Assembly (NCBI GenBank): GCA_965216325.1
Contig: OZ244160.1
Span: forward strand, 2,592,001 to 2,656,000
Direction of reading: 5' to 3'
Length of the DNA: 64,000 nt
From: Coraliomargarita sp.
Lineage (GTDB): Bacteria; Verrucomicrobiota; Verrucomicrobiia; Opitutales; Coraliomargaritaceae
Made by a program: the position numbers and the translations under genes. Below the pieces are notes generated by a model that searched no databases, had not been told where the DNA came from, and was given only the letters and a program-made list of their open reading frames with translations. Below, in pieces: positions 22,804 to 34,366 of this stretch (positions are counted from its first letter, which is position 1; each line of letters opens with the position of its first letter).

Positions 22804-25617
22804 TCACTCTGATTGGAAGCTATACGCCTCGAACGCAGCCTTATCGACGGACTTCTCGATGCCGTCAGGAAAGAGCGGAGCAAAGTCATCGTAGTCTTCA
22901 CGCACATCGGGGTTCGGTGGCCAGAAGACCCCGGATTTGATTTGGCCGATGATGGCTGCGGCGCAGGCGCGGGCTGAGTCTAGATGGTTTTGCGTGAAGT
23001 CTTCCCAGCGCGCGAGGCCGCTTTTATCGAGAGTCTTTGCCAAGTTGAAGTAGGCGACCGAGGGACGTGTTGCGCCACTTTGCTGTTGCGATAAGACATA
23101 GAGTGGCAGCTGTAGATCGACCCAACGATAGGTTTTACCCTCGTGGTCGAAGAAGGCTGCATCGGGCAAGTGGGCCGGTGGTGCTTTTTTTGCGACTGTT
23201 TTGAGGTGGGCCTCTTGAGGGGTCTTTGCGCTGTCGGCAGTTTTGTAGTCAATCAGTTCGAGGCGGTCCCCACGTTGGTCGATGCGATCAATACGTCCAC
23301 GAATCGGCATGCCTGCAATGTCTAGGTTGAACTCAGACTCTGTAGCCAAAATTTGGATACTTCCGTTGGCTTTGATGTCTTCGAACTGATGTTCGGCGAA
23401 GGCATTGAGACGGTGGAGCGCTGCTTCTTTCTGAATGCGCAGTGCGAAGGAGAGTTGCTTTCCGTAGCGATGCTGCATCAGGCGCTCGGCGATGGCGTGC
23501 AATGTCTTGATCAGCTCTTGTGGACTTTTGGCCGTTTGCACTTGCTCGCTACTCAACAGATCGAGGGTGTCGTGAACGAGGTTACCAAAGGTGGCCGGTG
23601 TGAGTTCGCGTGAGGAGACATCGACTGGGCGCATATGCAGTATATGACGCAGGAAGAAACGGAAGGGGCACTCCAGATAGTTCTTGAGTGCGCTCACTGA
23701 TAGTTGCTCCGGAAGCGTAATGCCTGGAGGGGGGCTGAGCTTCCACGGGGCGGCATGTGTCTGACTGCTGTGAGTCTTATCGCTTGCGCTGAACAGCGCA
23801 CGAGTGCGTGGCAGCAGGCTGTCTGGTGGCCCGAGAAAAAGTAAGCGAGATGGCTTCAGTGGCGTTGCATCGGCAGCTGTCTGCGGCACGAGTATATCGA
23901 TGCGTCCGTTTGCTTGGGCGCGGCGGCGACACAATGCTTCGATCAAATACGCGTCACGGGCAAAGCGCTGTGCATTGGTGCGGAGACCAAGCGCTTCGCG
24001 CATGGTCTCCGGTAAGAAGGCATCGCCGACAACGGCCTCGGGCACGCTGCCTTCATTCATGCCGGCGAGAATTAGATGCGGTGCTTCGTTCCAGAGCAGT
24101 TCCAGCCAGCCGAGTAAGTCGTGTGCGTTCGATGGACGGTCGGGGTAGACCTTACTGGTCTTGAGTGCTTGAGCGAAGGTGCTGCGTGCAAAGTCTTGGG
24201 GGAGCTGTTGAAAACTGGCTTCGGTTGCGGCAGTCTGCTCAAGGAGTTTACGGACTGCTTTGGCACGCTCGGCAAAGGGGATCGAGTTCTCTGAACCGTT
24301 CTGAAGATTTCGATCGGCGTAGATGCGTTGCAGGGTGCCCGCCAGATGCGCGCTGAGTTGCTTGCCACGTAGCTGTTCGCGTAAGGACTGAATTTTGGTG
24401 AGCGCGACATTAAGCGATACCCAGTAATCGCCCTTGGCGGTGAAAGAGAGTAGGCCGTCGAGGTCTGCCGCTAGGTGTTGTTCGAAAGTCTTATCGAGTT
24501 TTTTGAGTAGCTCAGCAGTACTGGCTTCGGACTTGAGCCATGTCGTAAGGTCCGGATGCTGGAACAAACTGCGAAGTGTATGGATGCTTGGGCTGCTTGT
24601 GGTTGCGAGATCGCAGAGGCATTCAGCAAGTCGGCCGACGCTAGCGTTGTGAAGCGCTTCGCCTTCGGGGTCGTAGTAGGGGATGCCTGCTGCGCGAAAG
24701 CTCTCGGCGATCACCGGGTTCAGCTCTGTATTACTGAGTCCGATCAAGACCGATTCAGGCTCGGCGCCAGCGGTGAGTTGAGCGACCTTGGCGGCGGTTT
24801 GCTTGAAATCTTTTTGAGTGCTGAGTTGGCAGTTCCAAGCTTCGAGGTCGAGTGGCTTCTGTTGCCAGACCTCCGTGAGTGGCCGCCCCCATGTGTCGAA
24901 CTGCTCGGTTTGCTCGGCATAGATCCAGACTTCGATGGGGATTTGTGCATCGATCCGCTGAAGGGCTTGAAGGGGCAGGGCTTGTGGATCCGGGGTGGCG
25001 GCGAGAATGATGCGCTCAATGCCTGCAGGTGCACGGTATGTTTGGGCAGCCTCACGGCGGGCCTGCTTTGGGTCACGCAACTGTCTACTGTGCAGTTGGT
25101 CCAGATAGAGTCCTTCGAGGCGGGCGAGTTGATTCCAGCGCTCGCTTTCGAGTGCGACCTCGGCCGCTCGCTTCGCCGCTTCGTCGATGCTGAGGCCCTC
25201 TTCGCCGAGTTCGTTGCGCAGCTGGATCAGGCGATGGGCCATGCCGAGTTGCCAGCTGAGTGAGGGTTCCGGTGCAACCGGAAAGAGCGCCTGAAAACGG
25301 TCAAAGCTGATCTTGCTTAAGACTTCGACCCAGGCGGCGGTGCATTGACTTTCATTGGCAATGTTTTCGTCGGTCGCCTTTAGTGCTTCGGTGAGTAATA
25401 GGTCCGGGGTGACGATTTGCGGGGGCAGTAGACCACGCCCATCGTTTGCGAGCTCGAGCGCGAGTCCTTCGCGTAAGCGACGGCCGGACTGTCCAGTTGG
25501 CACGATAACCATTAGGCTACCTAGGTCGACAATTGGCCCGTGACCAAAGCTGAGGAGGCGCTCAGTAACCTGAGGGAGTAGGGGGGCGTTCCAGTCGAGT
25601 AGCGTCGTTGTAGGCAT
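22804..25617 (-). CDS. AddB/RexB-like PD-(D/E)XK nuclease (DSB repair subunit)
   Basis: IVPT...RRL N-terminus, LSVSALKNYLECPFRFFL, GRIDRID..LIDYKT and QLPLY motifs; start taken at MPTTTLL. Confidence 0.85.
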   Translation of the reverse strand: MPTTTLLDWNAPLLPQVTERLLSFGHGPIVDLGSLMVIVPTGQSGRRLREGLALELANDGRGLLPPQIVTPDLLLTEALKATDENIANESQCTAAWVEVLSKISFDRFQALFPVAPEPSLSWQLGMAHRLIQLRNELGEEGLSIDEAAKRAAEVALESERWNQLARLEGLYLDQLHSRQLRDPKQARREAAQTYRAPAGIERIILAATPDPQALPLQALQRIDAQIPIEVWIYAEQTEQFDTWGRPLTEVWQQKPLDLEAWNCQLSTQKDFKQTAAKVAQLTAGAEPESVLIGLSNTELNPVIAESFRAAGIPYYDPEGEALHNASVGRLAECLCDLATTSSPSIHTLRSLFQHPDLTTWLKSEASTAELLKKLDKTFEQHLAADLDGLLSFTAKGDYWVSLNVALTKIQSLREQLRGKQLSAHLAGTLQRIYADRNLQNGSENSIPFAERAKAVRKLLEQTAATEASFQQLPQDFARSTFAQALKTSKVYPDRPSNAHDLLGWLELLWNEAPHLILAGMNEGSVPEAVVGDAFLPETMREALGLRTNAQRFARDAYLIEALCRRRAQANGRIDILVPQTAADATPLKPSRLLFLGPPDSLLPRTRALFSASDKTHSSQTHAAPWKLSPPPGITLPEQLSVSALKNYLECPFRFFLRHILHMRPVDVSSRELTPATFGNLVHDTLDLLSSEQVQTAKSPQELIKTLHAIAERLMQHRYGKQLSFALRIQKEAALHRLNAFAEHQFEDIKANGSIQILATESEFNLDIAGMPIRGRIDRIDQRGDRLELIDYKTADSAKTPQEAHLKTVAKKAPPAHLPDAAFFDHEGKTYRWVDLQLPLYVLSQQQSGATRPSVAYFNLAKTLDKSGLARWEDFTQNHLDSARACAAAIIGQIKSGVFWPPNPDVREDYDDFAPLFPDGIEKSVDKAAFEAYSFQSE

Positions 25618-25622
25618 TTCGA

Positions 25623-25997
25623 CTAACGAAATAGTCCGATGACAGATTGTGCAATCTGCCAGTTGAGAAGAATTTCTGCGGCCAGATAGTGGTGCAGTCC
25701 AACGATGCACCAGTATGTGCGCTGAAAGCTGCGCTTCGAGGTCTTGTGGCGCAGCCAACGCTGTGCGACGAAGGCCGCTGGCCAGCCGCCGAGCAGCTCG
25801 AGTGTATGCAGTGAGGATTCGGGGGTGCGCCAGCCATTGCTCCGTGCGCGTCGTTTATCATGCCAATAGAGTAGCACGGTAATCACTGAGACCGTGCCAA
25901 GGTAGACGGTGACGATCTGCCAATTGGTTCGCGTGGTCAGTTTTACTAGCGCGACAGCTGGCAGAATTAAGAGAGGGAAAAAGAAACGAGTGGGCAT
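25623..25997 (-). CDS. DUF1294 family membrane protein
   Basis: Y..DKRRA...WRTPE..LH...LLGGWP.A..AQ...RHKT.K motif. Confidence 0.88.
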   Translation of the reverse strand: MPTRFFFPLLILPAVALVKLTTRTNWQIVTVYLGTVSVITVLLYWHDKRRARSNGWRTPESSLHTLELLGGWPAAFVAQRWLRHKTSKRSFQRTYWCIVGLHHYLAAEILLNWQIAQSVIGLFR

Positions 25998-26035
25998 TGA
26001 GTTCACTTGTAGAGCTCCCGAGTAAAGCACCTACG

Positions 26036-26533
26036 TCATTCGATCTGAAAGGACTTTTCTAAGAGCAGTCGATCGCCTGAATACACTTGGAAGGTCCAGG
26101 TGCCGGTAACGATTTCCCATGGATAATCGAAGGTGTAGCAGGTTAAGGTGGGCTCACCGGAGATGACTTCAGCGGGGAAGGTTTCCTGGCGTTGGTTTTT
26201 GCCTGTTTTGGGATTCGTCAGCCCCGCAGGTGGATAGATGATGACTTCGTTCAGTTCGATGACTTCGTCGGTGTCGCTGTTGATGACATATTCAATGCCG
26301 AAGCTGACACCCGGTTCTGCGGGCACACGTGTCGTTTTCTTCAACCATCGCACACCGTCGACAAATGCGGATTCACCGGTAATGGCATCTGGGTTTTCGA
26401 AGGTTTCGGTATGGCCGAATGTGCACAGGCCGTAGTTCGTGACGTAGGCTTTGCGCGGTTTGAGGTGAAAGAAACCACAGCTCGCAATGCATACGACTAG
26501 GATCGTCAGACATTGAAAGCAGCGTTGGTGCAT
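26036..26533 (-). CDS. DUF3859-like exported protein
   Basis: TTRVPA..G.SFG.EY and WE.V.G.WTFQV......L.EKSF pattern; hydrophobic N-terminus. Confidence 0.65.
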   Translation of the reverse strand: MHQRCFQCLTILVVCIASCGFFHLKPRKAYVTNYGLCTFGHTETFENPDAITGESAFVDGVRWLKKTTRVPAEPGVSFGIEYVINSDTDEVIELNEVIIYPPAGLTNPKTGKNQRQETFPAEVISGEPTLTCYTFDYPWEIVTGTWTFQVYSGDRLLLEKSFQIE

Positions 26534-26561
26534 GGGATAGAAGTTTACGATTCGGAGCGGC

Positions 26562-26867
26562 TTATAGATCGGCTAATATCGCGCGTAGCTCTTCCGCCGG
26601 ATCATCGTGGTGTTGCACGACTGCAAGCTCTAGAGCGTTTTCTAAAATAGGCTTGGCGGTCTCGGTTTGCCCGTCGGCGAGCAGTGCCTTGCCGAGGAGA
26701 ATACGTGCGAGCATCCAGTCGTCTCGTGAGTCTGCGCAGCGCTGTAAGTGTGGAATCGCCGCATTGGTATCTCCCTCATCATAGAGTGCTTGCCCGAGGC
26801 TGAAGCGGAAGAGCATGTTGTCGGGCTTGGCCTCGACTTTAGGGAGAAAGATTTCGGATTTTTTCAC
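26562..26867 (-). CDS. Small TPR-like protein
   Basis: FSLGQALY...AIPHL and LLGKALL helical repeats. Confidence 0.65.
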   Translation of the reverse strand: MKKSEIFLPKVEAKPDNMLFRFSLGQALYDEGDTNAAIPHLQRCADSRDDWMLARILLGKALLADGQTETAKPILENALELAVVQHHDDPAEELRAILADL

Positions 26868-26879
26868 GGTAAATTGGGT

Positions 26880-27599
26880 TTAATCGACGATGCCAACGAT
26901 GATGGTGATGTTGTCCGGGCCCTTATTCTGGTTCGCGGCATCAACCAGTTGTTGGCAGATGACTACAGGGTCGTCACCTGTTTTGAGAAAGTCGTGTATG
27001 GCGTCGGCACTTAGAACTTTATTCAGCCCATCGGTGCAGAACAGAATACGGTCTCCGGGTTCAATGCGCACGCGCGTTGTATCCACACGTAGTTCCGCAT
27101 CGTTCTGGCCAATACAGCGAGTGAGGGTGTGCGGATATTCAGGCGGCATCGTTACGCGGGCACTCTCTCCGATACGGTCAATCAATTCCTGAGCCATCGT
27201 GTGGTCGCTGGTGATCTTCTCGAGTGTGTTGCTGTGTTGAATGTAGGCAGCCGAGTCACCCACGTGAGCAATGTAGAGGCTGTCCTCCACCAGTTGGCCG
27301 ATGGTCAGGGTGCTGCCGGAGCCCGTGAACGGGTGTGCTTCCATGCTTTCGCGCACGATGATGCGGTTGATCTCGATGACTAGGTCAGCAAGATTGGGCC
27401 GTGCGTTGAGCGAACCGATAGTTTCGAAAGTCTTTTGCAGTAGTTGCACGATCCGTGCGCTGGTTTCGGCACCGCCGGGAAGTCCACCCAGTCCATCGGC
27501 GACAGCGTAGACCTGATGCGCTTCATCGATGAGGTAGGCATCTTCATTGGTTGGGCGCACAAGTCCCGGGTCGGTTAGGCCTGCGAGGCGGATATGCAT
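26880..27599 (-). CDS. PP2C/PPM-family Ser/Thr protein phosphatase
   Basis: G.VR..NED, VADGLGG, HVGDS, DHT, CTDGL and DNIT motifs. Confidence 0.93.
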   Translation of the reverse strand: MHIRLAGLTDPGLVRPTNEDAYLIDEAHQVYAVADGLGGLPGGAETSARIVQLLQKTFETIGSLNARPNLADLVIEINRIIVRESMEAHPFTGSGSTLTIGQLVEDSLYIAHVGDSAAYIQHSNTLEKITSDHTMAQELIDRIGESARVTMPPEYPHTLTRCIGQNDAELRVDTTRVRIEPGDRILFCTDGLNKVLSADAIHDFLKTGDDPVVICQQLVDAANQNKGPDNITIIVGIVD

Positions 27600-27637
27600 A
27601 CTCAGAGTGTGACGATTCGAAGGATTCTGTGAAGTCG

Positions 27638-29713
27638 TTAAAACGCGAAATTTGTAAAGACCTCATCGCGATTATAGCGATCGAAACGCTGGTAGTCCGG
27701 CGTATGCAGTGCATTGAGGAAACGCCCTCCATAGGTCTTGGTGAGAATACGTGAATCGAGCACCACGATGTTGCCTTTGTCTTCGTCGCGGCGGATCAGG
27801 CGCCCGATACCTTGGCGGAAGCGCACCAGTGCTTCCGGCACGGCTAGGTCGGCAAAGGGATTGCCGCCTTGGGCGCTAATGGATTCGCTGCGTGCTTCGC
27901 TCACTGGGTGACCCGGGTTTTCGAAGGGCAGTCGGGCGATGATGACCTGTGAGAGTGCGGGGCCGGGCACATCGACGCCGGTCCAGAAACTGTCGGTGCC
28001 AAACAGGATGCCGTTGCCGGCTTCGGCAAAGCGCTGTGTGAGCTCGCTGCGGGCATGACCATGGCCTTGAGCAAAGAGTGGACGCTTGATCTTTTGGAAG
28101 AAGGTTTCGGTGCGCTCGCGCACTTGGCGAAGGTCGAAGTGACTGGTGAAGAGTACTAGGCTGCCGCCTTCAACGCGTCGGCTACACCAGCAGATCATGT
28201 TAGCCAGATAGTCCAGATCCAGCCGACCTTTGCTAGGCTCGGGGGCAGGGGAGTCGGTTGCGATCAGAACGCGGCAGTTTTCTTTGTAGTTGAATGGTGA
28301 ATACTCGACCTGTGTCTCGGCGGCTTGCGCGCCGACTTTCTCTTGAAAGCTGTCGATGGTTTGGCCGTCAGAAAGTGTCGCACTCGTCAGCACTGCAGCG
28401 GTCTTGCGGCTAAAAAGTGCTTCGCGTAGGTAGGGGGAGACATCCAGTGGCGCACTGCGGAGGGTGACGATTTGGCCTTTCTTGCCACTGCGCTCCAGCC
28501 AGTGCACATGGTCGTCTTCGGCGAGCCGAATGAATCCGTTGATCGTATCCTGATAGCCAAGCATGCGGCGGCGGTGGTCGCGCAGCTCGTCTTGGGCGCG
28601 CTCGTCGTCGGTGTCCTGAATGATCTTACCCAGGCGCTCCGCGACTTCTTTGAGGGGGCCGGAGAGAATATTCTCGCAGAAGTCCGGCTCGTGGATACGG
28701 CGAATACTTTGCTTGGTGAGGAAGAGCTCTTTCAGCGAGGCAAAGAACTCGCCTGCGCCGGCGATGGCATTTTCGACCGCCGCGAAGTCCCATTGCATGC
28801 CATGCTTTTTCAGTGCGCCGCGCCCGGTGCGTGGGTTGAATAGACGCTTGAGCGCGCGATCGACTGCATAGGAGCTGACGTGAATGCCGAAATGGTCAGT
28901 CGCAATGGCCGGGATGCGATGGGCCTCATCGAGCACGACAAAGTCGTCGGCCAGGAGGATGCCACGTGCATCGCCTTTTGGAGGCATGCCGGCGTTGATG
29001 AGTGAAAACAGCAGGCTGTGATTCACGATCACGCAGTTGGCACTCATCAGCTGCTTGCGGGCACGCTGATAGAAACAGATCGACGAATCACAATTCTTGC
29101 GCGAGCAGGTCGAACTGTCCGCGTTGACGACATCCCACACGTCGGGGAGGGGAGGTGGGGAAAGTTCCTGAATCACGCCCTGCTTGGTCTCGGCGGACCA
29201 TTTGGCGAGGCGGATCAGGTCTCGTTTACCCTCGTCAGGGAGCAACTCGGTCTGTGCCGACTTGGCGTCCTTGAGTGCATTGCTCAGTCGGGTGGTGCAG
29301 CAGTAGTTGCCCTTGCCGAGCATCAGTGCGGTTTTGAAATATGCGTAGCGACCGAGTTCGGGCACCGCTTTGAACAAGTCCTCGCAGATCTTGAGATCCT
29401 TATTCCGGATCTGCTCCTGCAGCGTGATCGTATGGCTGGAAATGATGAATGGGCGTTCGCTATCGACGGCATGGATGATGCCGGGAATCAGATAGGCCAA
29501 GCTCTTGCCGACTCCGGTGCCCGCCTCGAAGAGTAGTGGCTGATCGCCCTCCAATGAGCTGGCGACCGAGAGCGCCATGGCGGCTTGCTGCGGACGGTAG
29601 TCGAGCCCGAGGACGGTTTGCAGGTGGCCGCCCTCCTTGAAGACCGCATCGACCAACTCCACAAGGTAGCCTGCCTTGCGTGGGGAGCCGGTGTTTTCGA
29701 TGAGACCTATCAT
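27638..29713 (-). CDS. DinG/YoaA-family ATP-dependent DNA helicase
   Basis: RPQQ Q-motif, EAGTGVGKS, Fe-S Cys residues, DEAH, TSATL, LPF and QGIGRLIR motifs. Confidence 0.93.
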   Translation of the reverse strand: MIGLIENTGSPRKAGYLVELVDAVFKEGGHLQTVLGLDYRPQQAAMALSVASSLEGDQPLLFEAGTGVGKSLAYLIPGIIHAVDSERPFIISSHTITLQEQIRNKDLKICEDLFKAVPELGRYAYFKTALMLGKGNYCCTTRLSNALKDAKSAQTELLPDEGKRDLIRLAKWSAETKQGVIQELSPPPLPDVWDVVNADSSTCSRKNCDSSICFYQRARKQLMSANCVIVNHSLLFSLINAGMPPKGDARGILLADDFVVLDEAHRIPAIATDHFGIHVSSYAVDRALKRLFNPRTGRGALKKHGMQWDFAAVENAIAGAGEFFASLKELFLTKQSIRRIHEPDFCENILSGPLKEVAERLGKIIQDTDDERAQDELRDHRRRMLGYQDTINGFIRLAEDDHVHWLERSGKKGQIVTLRSAPLDVSPYLREALFSRKTAAVLTSATLSDGQTIDSFQEKVGAQAAETQVEYSPFNYKENCRVLIATDSPAPEPSKGRLDLDYLANMICWCSRRVEGGSLVLFTSHFDLRQVRERTETFFQKIKRPLFAQGHGHARSELTQRFAEAGNGILFGTDSFWTGVDVPGPALSQVIIARLPFENPGHPVSEARSESISAQGGNPFADLAVPEALVRFRQGIGRLIRRDEDKGNIVVLDSRILTKTYGGRFLNALHTPDYQRFDRYNRDEVFTNFAF

Positions 29714-29864
29714 CCTGTGGAGTGTGCGTGAAAGTGAGCGTGTGCGCGATGAGTTGAGTGTAGTAAACAGATGAACAGTTCTTTAGGGACTTGGGAAGTC
29801 TGGAAGCTGAAAAAGGCAGAACTTTCGCAGTAACTTGCTGGAAGTCGCAGTTGCTGCAAATAGA

Positions 29865-29893
29865 GAAGCCCAGCTCCGGGGGAGCTGGGCTTC
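29865..29893. terminator. Hairpin downstream of amtB, probable terminator
   Basis: GAAGCCCAGCTCC-GGG-GGAGCTGGGCTTC perfect 13-bp stem; weak U tract. Confidence 0.65.
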
Positions 29894-29917
29894 AGGTTTG
29901 TTTGGGTGCTATCCTAG

Positions 29918-31306
<1,389 letters not shown>

Positions 31307-31325
31307 TTTGTTATTCTCTAGTTTG

Positions 31326-32588
31326 TTAGGAATTTGCGGCATCGGCGGTTGGAAAGAATCCCTCGTCGGCCATACTTTCAAGAAGGTGTTGGGTGGTGGT
31401 GTCGCTCTCTCCATAGTTCTTTAGGTCTTCAATGCACAGTGCGGTGCGCTGGCTGAGACCGATAGCGTTACGAAGCGTGCGCACTAGTTTGCTGTGCGAG
31501 AACTCTGCACGTGAATCGATTAGGTGTTGGATCGCACCTTCGGTAATCGACGACACGAGTAGGAACGGGTGGGCGGTGCGCAAGCTAGCAAGTAGTGCGT
31601 TGCAGATCGAAGGAATGTCTTCCGCACGCTCATCGAGTGAAGGCAGGACGGTGGCCGGGCGCTTGGCACGGATAGTTTGCACCACCTTGGCGACGCCTTC
31701 TTTAAACAGGGCCTCACTGCCATCGTGATGCGCGAGGATAATGCGCAGGTGCGGGTTGCGTAGGTTTTCGAGATATTCCAGAAAGAGGCTGACTTCCAAT
31801 GCAGAGGTTTCGTCTAAATCGTCGGTTTGCCCAATATAGCAATAGGCAGGTGTCTTTGCCTTTGCTGCGGCGCGTTCGACCTTTTCCAGGATGTCCGAGG
31901 ACAAGTCGTCGCTGGTGATGACATGCAGTGGTGTGCGGTCTGCGTTGACTTGGTAGTTTAATTCACGTGCAGCGAGTTCGAATTCCGCGCCTTCGCCTCC
32001 GGTTAGAATGACGACATTGCGATCCGCAGTTTCTGTTTTTAACTCAGAGACAAAGGCTTTCGAGCTCGGACTAATCGCCGTCATATAATGTGCGGTGACA
32101 GGAGCAATTTCCGTAATCGGAGCTGCGGCACTCTTGGTGCGTAACGCCGACTTCACTGAAAACTTTGAAGCGGGTCGTTTAAATGCGATCGGGGGGCGTG
32201 TGAGGCCGCTGCGCTTTATCGCAGTTGCATTTGGATTCGATACCGCGAGTGCTGACTTCAAGCGTGCTTTCGCGCGTTCAGCATGGCTTGGTATCACGAT
32301 ACAACTGTCCAATCCTTTCGGATAGTCTGTTTGTCCGCTTCGCTTGCGTTCGAATAAGTCGAAGCCGATGAGACGCAGGTTGGCATGCTGCTGTTTAAGT
32401 GCTGTAAGTACTTGTTCATCGGTGAGATCCTGTATGTCCAGCAGTATGGATTTGACTTCCATACTACTGGACAAGGACTTACACAAATCCTCACTAGTAG
32501 CGATAAATCTAGGTGGATATCCTAGGTCGTGTAGTAGCAACGATAGTTGGCTCTTGGCACGACGATCCGTAGTCACCACATGCATCAT
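31326..32588 (-). CDS. Receiver-like domain plus degenerate sigma54-activator-type AAA+ domain; no Walker A Lys, no GAFTGA, no obvious HTH
   Basis: ILLDI; VILTGGEGAEFELAARELN; LPSLDERAEDIP. Confidence 0.6.
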   Translation of the reverse strand: MMHVVTTDRRAKSQLSLLLHDLGYPPRFIATSEDLCKSLSSSMEVKSILLDIQDLTDEQVLTALKQQHANLRLIGFDLFERKRSGQTDYPKGLDSCIVIPSHAERAKARLKSALAVSNPNATAIKRSGLTRPPIAFKRPASKFSVKSALRTKSAAAPITEIAPVTAHYMTAISPSSKAFVSELKTETADRNVVILTGGEGAEFELAARELNYQVNADRTPLHVITSDDLSSDILEKVERAAAKAKTPAYCYIGQTDDLDETSALEVSLFLEYLENLRNPHLRIILAHHDGSEALFKEGVAKVVQTIRAKRPATVLPSLDERAEDIPSICNALLASLRTAHPFLLVSSITEGAIQHLIDSRAEFSHSKLVRTLRNAIGLSQRTALCIEDLKNYGESDTTTQHLLESMADEGFFPTADAANS

Positions 32589-32628
32589 GGCATCCTTAAT
32601 CAGTGTAAACTGGTTGTGTTGAGCTTAG

Positions 32629-33174
32629 TTAGTAAGACGTGCCACGGAAGGAACGTGTCGGTCTTGGGCGAACGGCTCGGCGCGGCACGGTTGCCACTTG
32701 TTCCGGTGTCGGTTCGTGTGCTGCTGGCTGAACAGGCTCCGGCGCAGGTGCGGGCGCAGTGACTGCAACCGGCTCGGGAGAGGGTGCTGTCTCAGGCGCG
32801 GTTACGCTGTCGTTCATGCTGGCGCGTAGCTGACTCAACACCTTAGGCGTGATGTGCTTCAATATCAGATTGGTCACCATGCGCAGGGAGACCAAATTCA
32901 CCGACGGCTCAACTGCAACCAGTAGGTAGACGTTTCGGCTACGTCGTAGCTGTATATACTTTTGCGGGAATTTGAGTAGGTAATCGTCGCAGGGAACATA
33001 GTTCTCATCGACCGCTTCATAGAGTGAGGTCACGCGGCGCGAGAGATCGTCCAGAAAGTCATCCAGAAAGAAGTCCGGTAGCGCGTTGTGTAATAAATTG
33101 CCCTTTTTATCGAGGATACAGGCGCCATCCACGCCCGGTAGTTCGAGCACATTTTTAATAATCTTATCTATCAT
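32629..33174 (-). CDS. Roadblock/LC7 (MglB-like) domain protein with a Pro/Ala linker and basic tail
   Basis: LELPGVDGACILDKKGNLL ... VNLVSLRM; C-terminal RSFRGTSY. Confidence 0.65.
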   Translation of the reverse strand: MIDKIIKNVLELPGVDGACILDKKGNLLHNALPDFFLDDFLDDLSRRVTSLYEAVDENYVPCDDYLLKFPQKYIQLRRSRNVYLLVAVEPSVNLVSLRMVTNLILKHITPKVLSQLRASMNDSVTAPETAPSPEPVAVTAPAPAPEPVQPAAHEPTPEQVATVPRRAVRPRPTRSFRGTSY

Positions 33175-33183
33175 TTTCAGCTC

Positions 33184-33492
33184 CTATCCGATCAATTCTC
33201 CGAGGATTTCTTCGACGTTCGCGCGGTTAGTGCACAACACACCAAGGGCGTCTTCGTCTTGTGGGATGCAGATTGCAGTGGTGTTGGCACTGCTGAGATG
33301 CACCTCCTCAATGGAATCCATACCGAAGGGTTCTCCGATCATGTCGGCTACTTGGGAGATGTAGCCCAGGATGCTTCCAAAGACTTCCAAGTCATCGCTG
33401 GTTGCATCAATTATCGAGCCACTCGCATTGCAGGCAATTGCCCCAATCAAGCCGCGCTCTTGTAGTTCCTCTAGGTTCGCACTTTCAAACAT
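33184..33492 (-). CDS. Small roadblock/LC7-like protein
   Basis: GLIGAIACNASGSII, IGEPFGM and LGVLC pattern; about 102 aa, acidic. Confidence 0.5.
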   Translation of the reverse strand: MFESANLEELQERGLIGAIACNASGSIIDATSDDLEVFGSILGYISQVADMIGEPFGMDSIEEVHLSSANTTAICIPQDEDALGVLCTNRANVEEILGELIG

Positions 33493-33704
33493 GCGTCTGA
33501 AACTAGCAAGACAGATGCCAGCGCATGCCAACTGAGTTTTTTCAATTGGTGCTTAACGATTTTTTTTAAAAGATGAAGGGTTTGTGGGGTGAGTCTTACA
33601 GCCGTGTGAACAAGTTTGCGTTGTTTTTGACTGATTTTGATCGGTATTGACCAAAATCTGGATGTATCTGAAATCCTGATACGAAAGTGAGCAAAATTGA
33701 TCCG

Positions 33705-34325
33705 CTATAGCTTGCTCAGAATATCTACGACAGCCGGCTGTTGAGGGGATTTGATTAGTTCGCAGATATAATCTGCGACATCTTCGCGACTCGTGCAGCC
33801 ATTGAAGTCAGCGAGGTCGGTTGCCGTTTCATACCCTTTCGTTATTTCATGGGTTAACCGTCCAGGGCGGAGAATGGTGTGGTTCAGCCCTGAGTCAGCT
33901 AAGATTTGGTCGGCGCTGGCTTTGGCGACGAGGTAGGGACGCAGTGCTTCGGCGGCTTGTTCAGGAGCCTTCGCTTTGAGCGCGCTTATCATGATGAAGT
34001 GCGCCACCTGGTGTTGCTTCGCGTTACGAATACATTGCACCGCACCCCATAGGTCGACCATGAGGGTTTTATCCTTACCGGTCGAACTACCCGAGCCAGC
34101 CGTGAAGACGACGATGTCGATGCCTTTGCAGAGTGAGCCAAGCTCGCTTTCGAGGTCGACGACGCGCACCTCGGCACCTGCTTGCTCTAACTCGGCCGCT
34201 TTGTCTGCTCGTCGAATGCTTGCAACTACGTGATGACCTGTTGCGAGTAGCTTGTGAACCAACAGGCGACCAATTTGACCACTGGCACCGACAACGAGAA
34301 TTTTCGTGGATAAATTTGTATTCAC
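33705..34325 (-). CDS. NAD(P)H-binding atypical SDR oxidoreductase
   Basis: VVGASGQIG, FTAGSG, YLVAK..AD, ILRPGRLT and SREDVA motifs. Confidence 0.88.
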   Translation of the reverse strand: MNTNLSTKILVVGASGQIGRLLVHKLLATGHHVVASIRRADKAAELEQAGAEVRVVDLESELGSLCKGIDIVVFTAGSGSSTGKDKTLMVDLWGAVQCIRNAKQHQVAHFIMISALKAKAPEQAAEALRPYLVAKASADQILADSGLNHTILRPGRLTHEITKGYETATDLADFNGCTSREDVADYICELIKSPQQPAVVDILSKL

Positions 34326-34366
34326 GTCCTATAGCTAAGTGCAGTTGTCGCTTAAAAAGCAATCTT

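Noticed and set aside
22804..25758. ORF-track start at 25758 for the addB-like gene; similar over-long starts for amtB, M48 peptidase, alaS and the cytochrome c protein
   Set aside because: The extensions overlap neighbouring genes or repeats; downstream ATGs fit better
26562..29713. DinG + PP2C + TPR as a defence or type IV CRISPR-associated module
   Set aside because: DinG has ordinary YoaA-like features; no cas, kinase or other defence genes are adjacent
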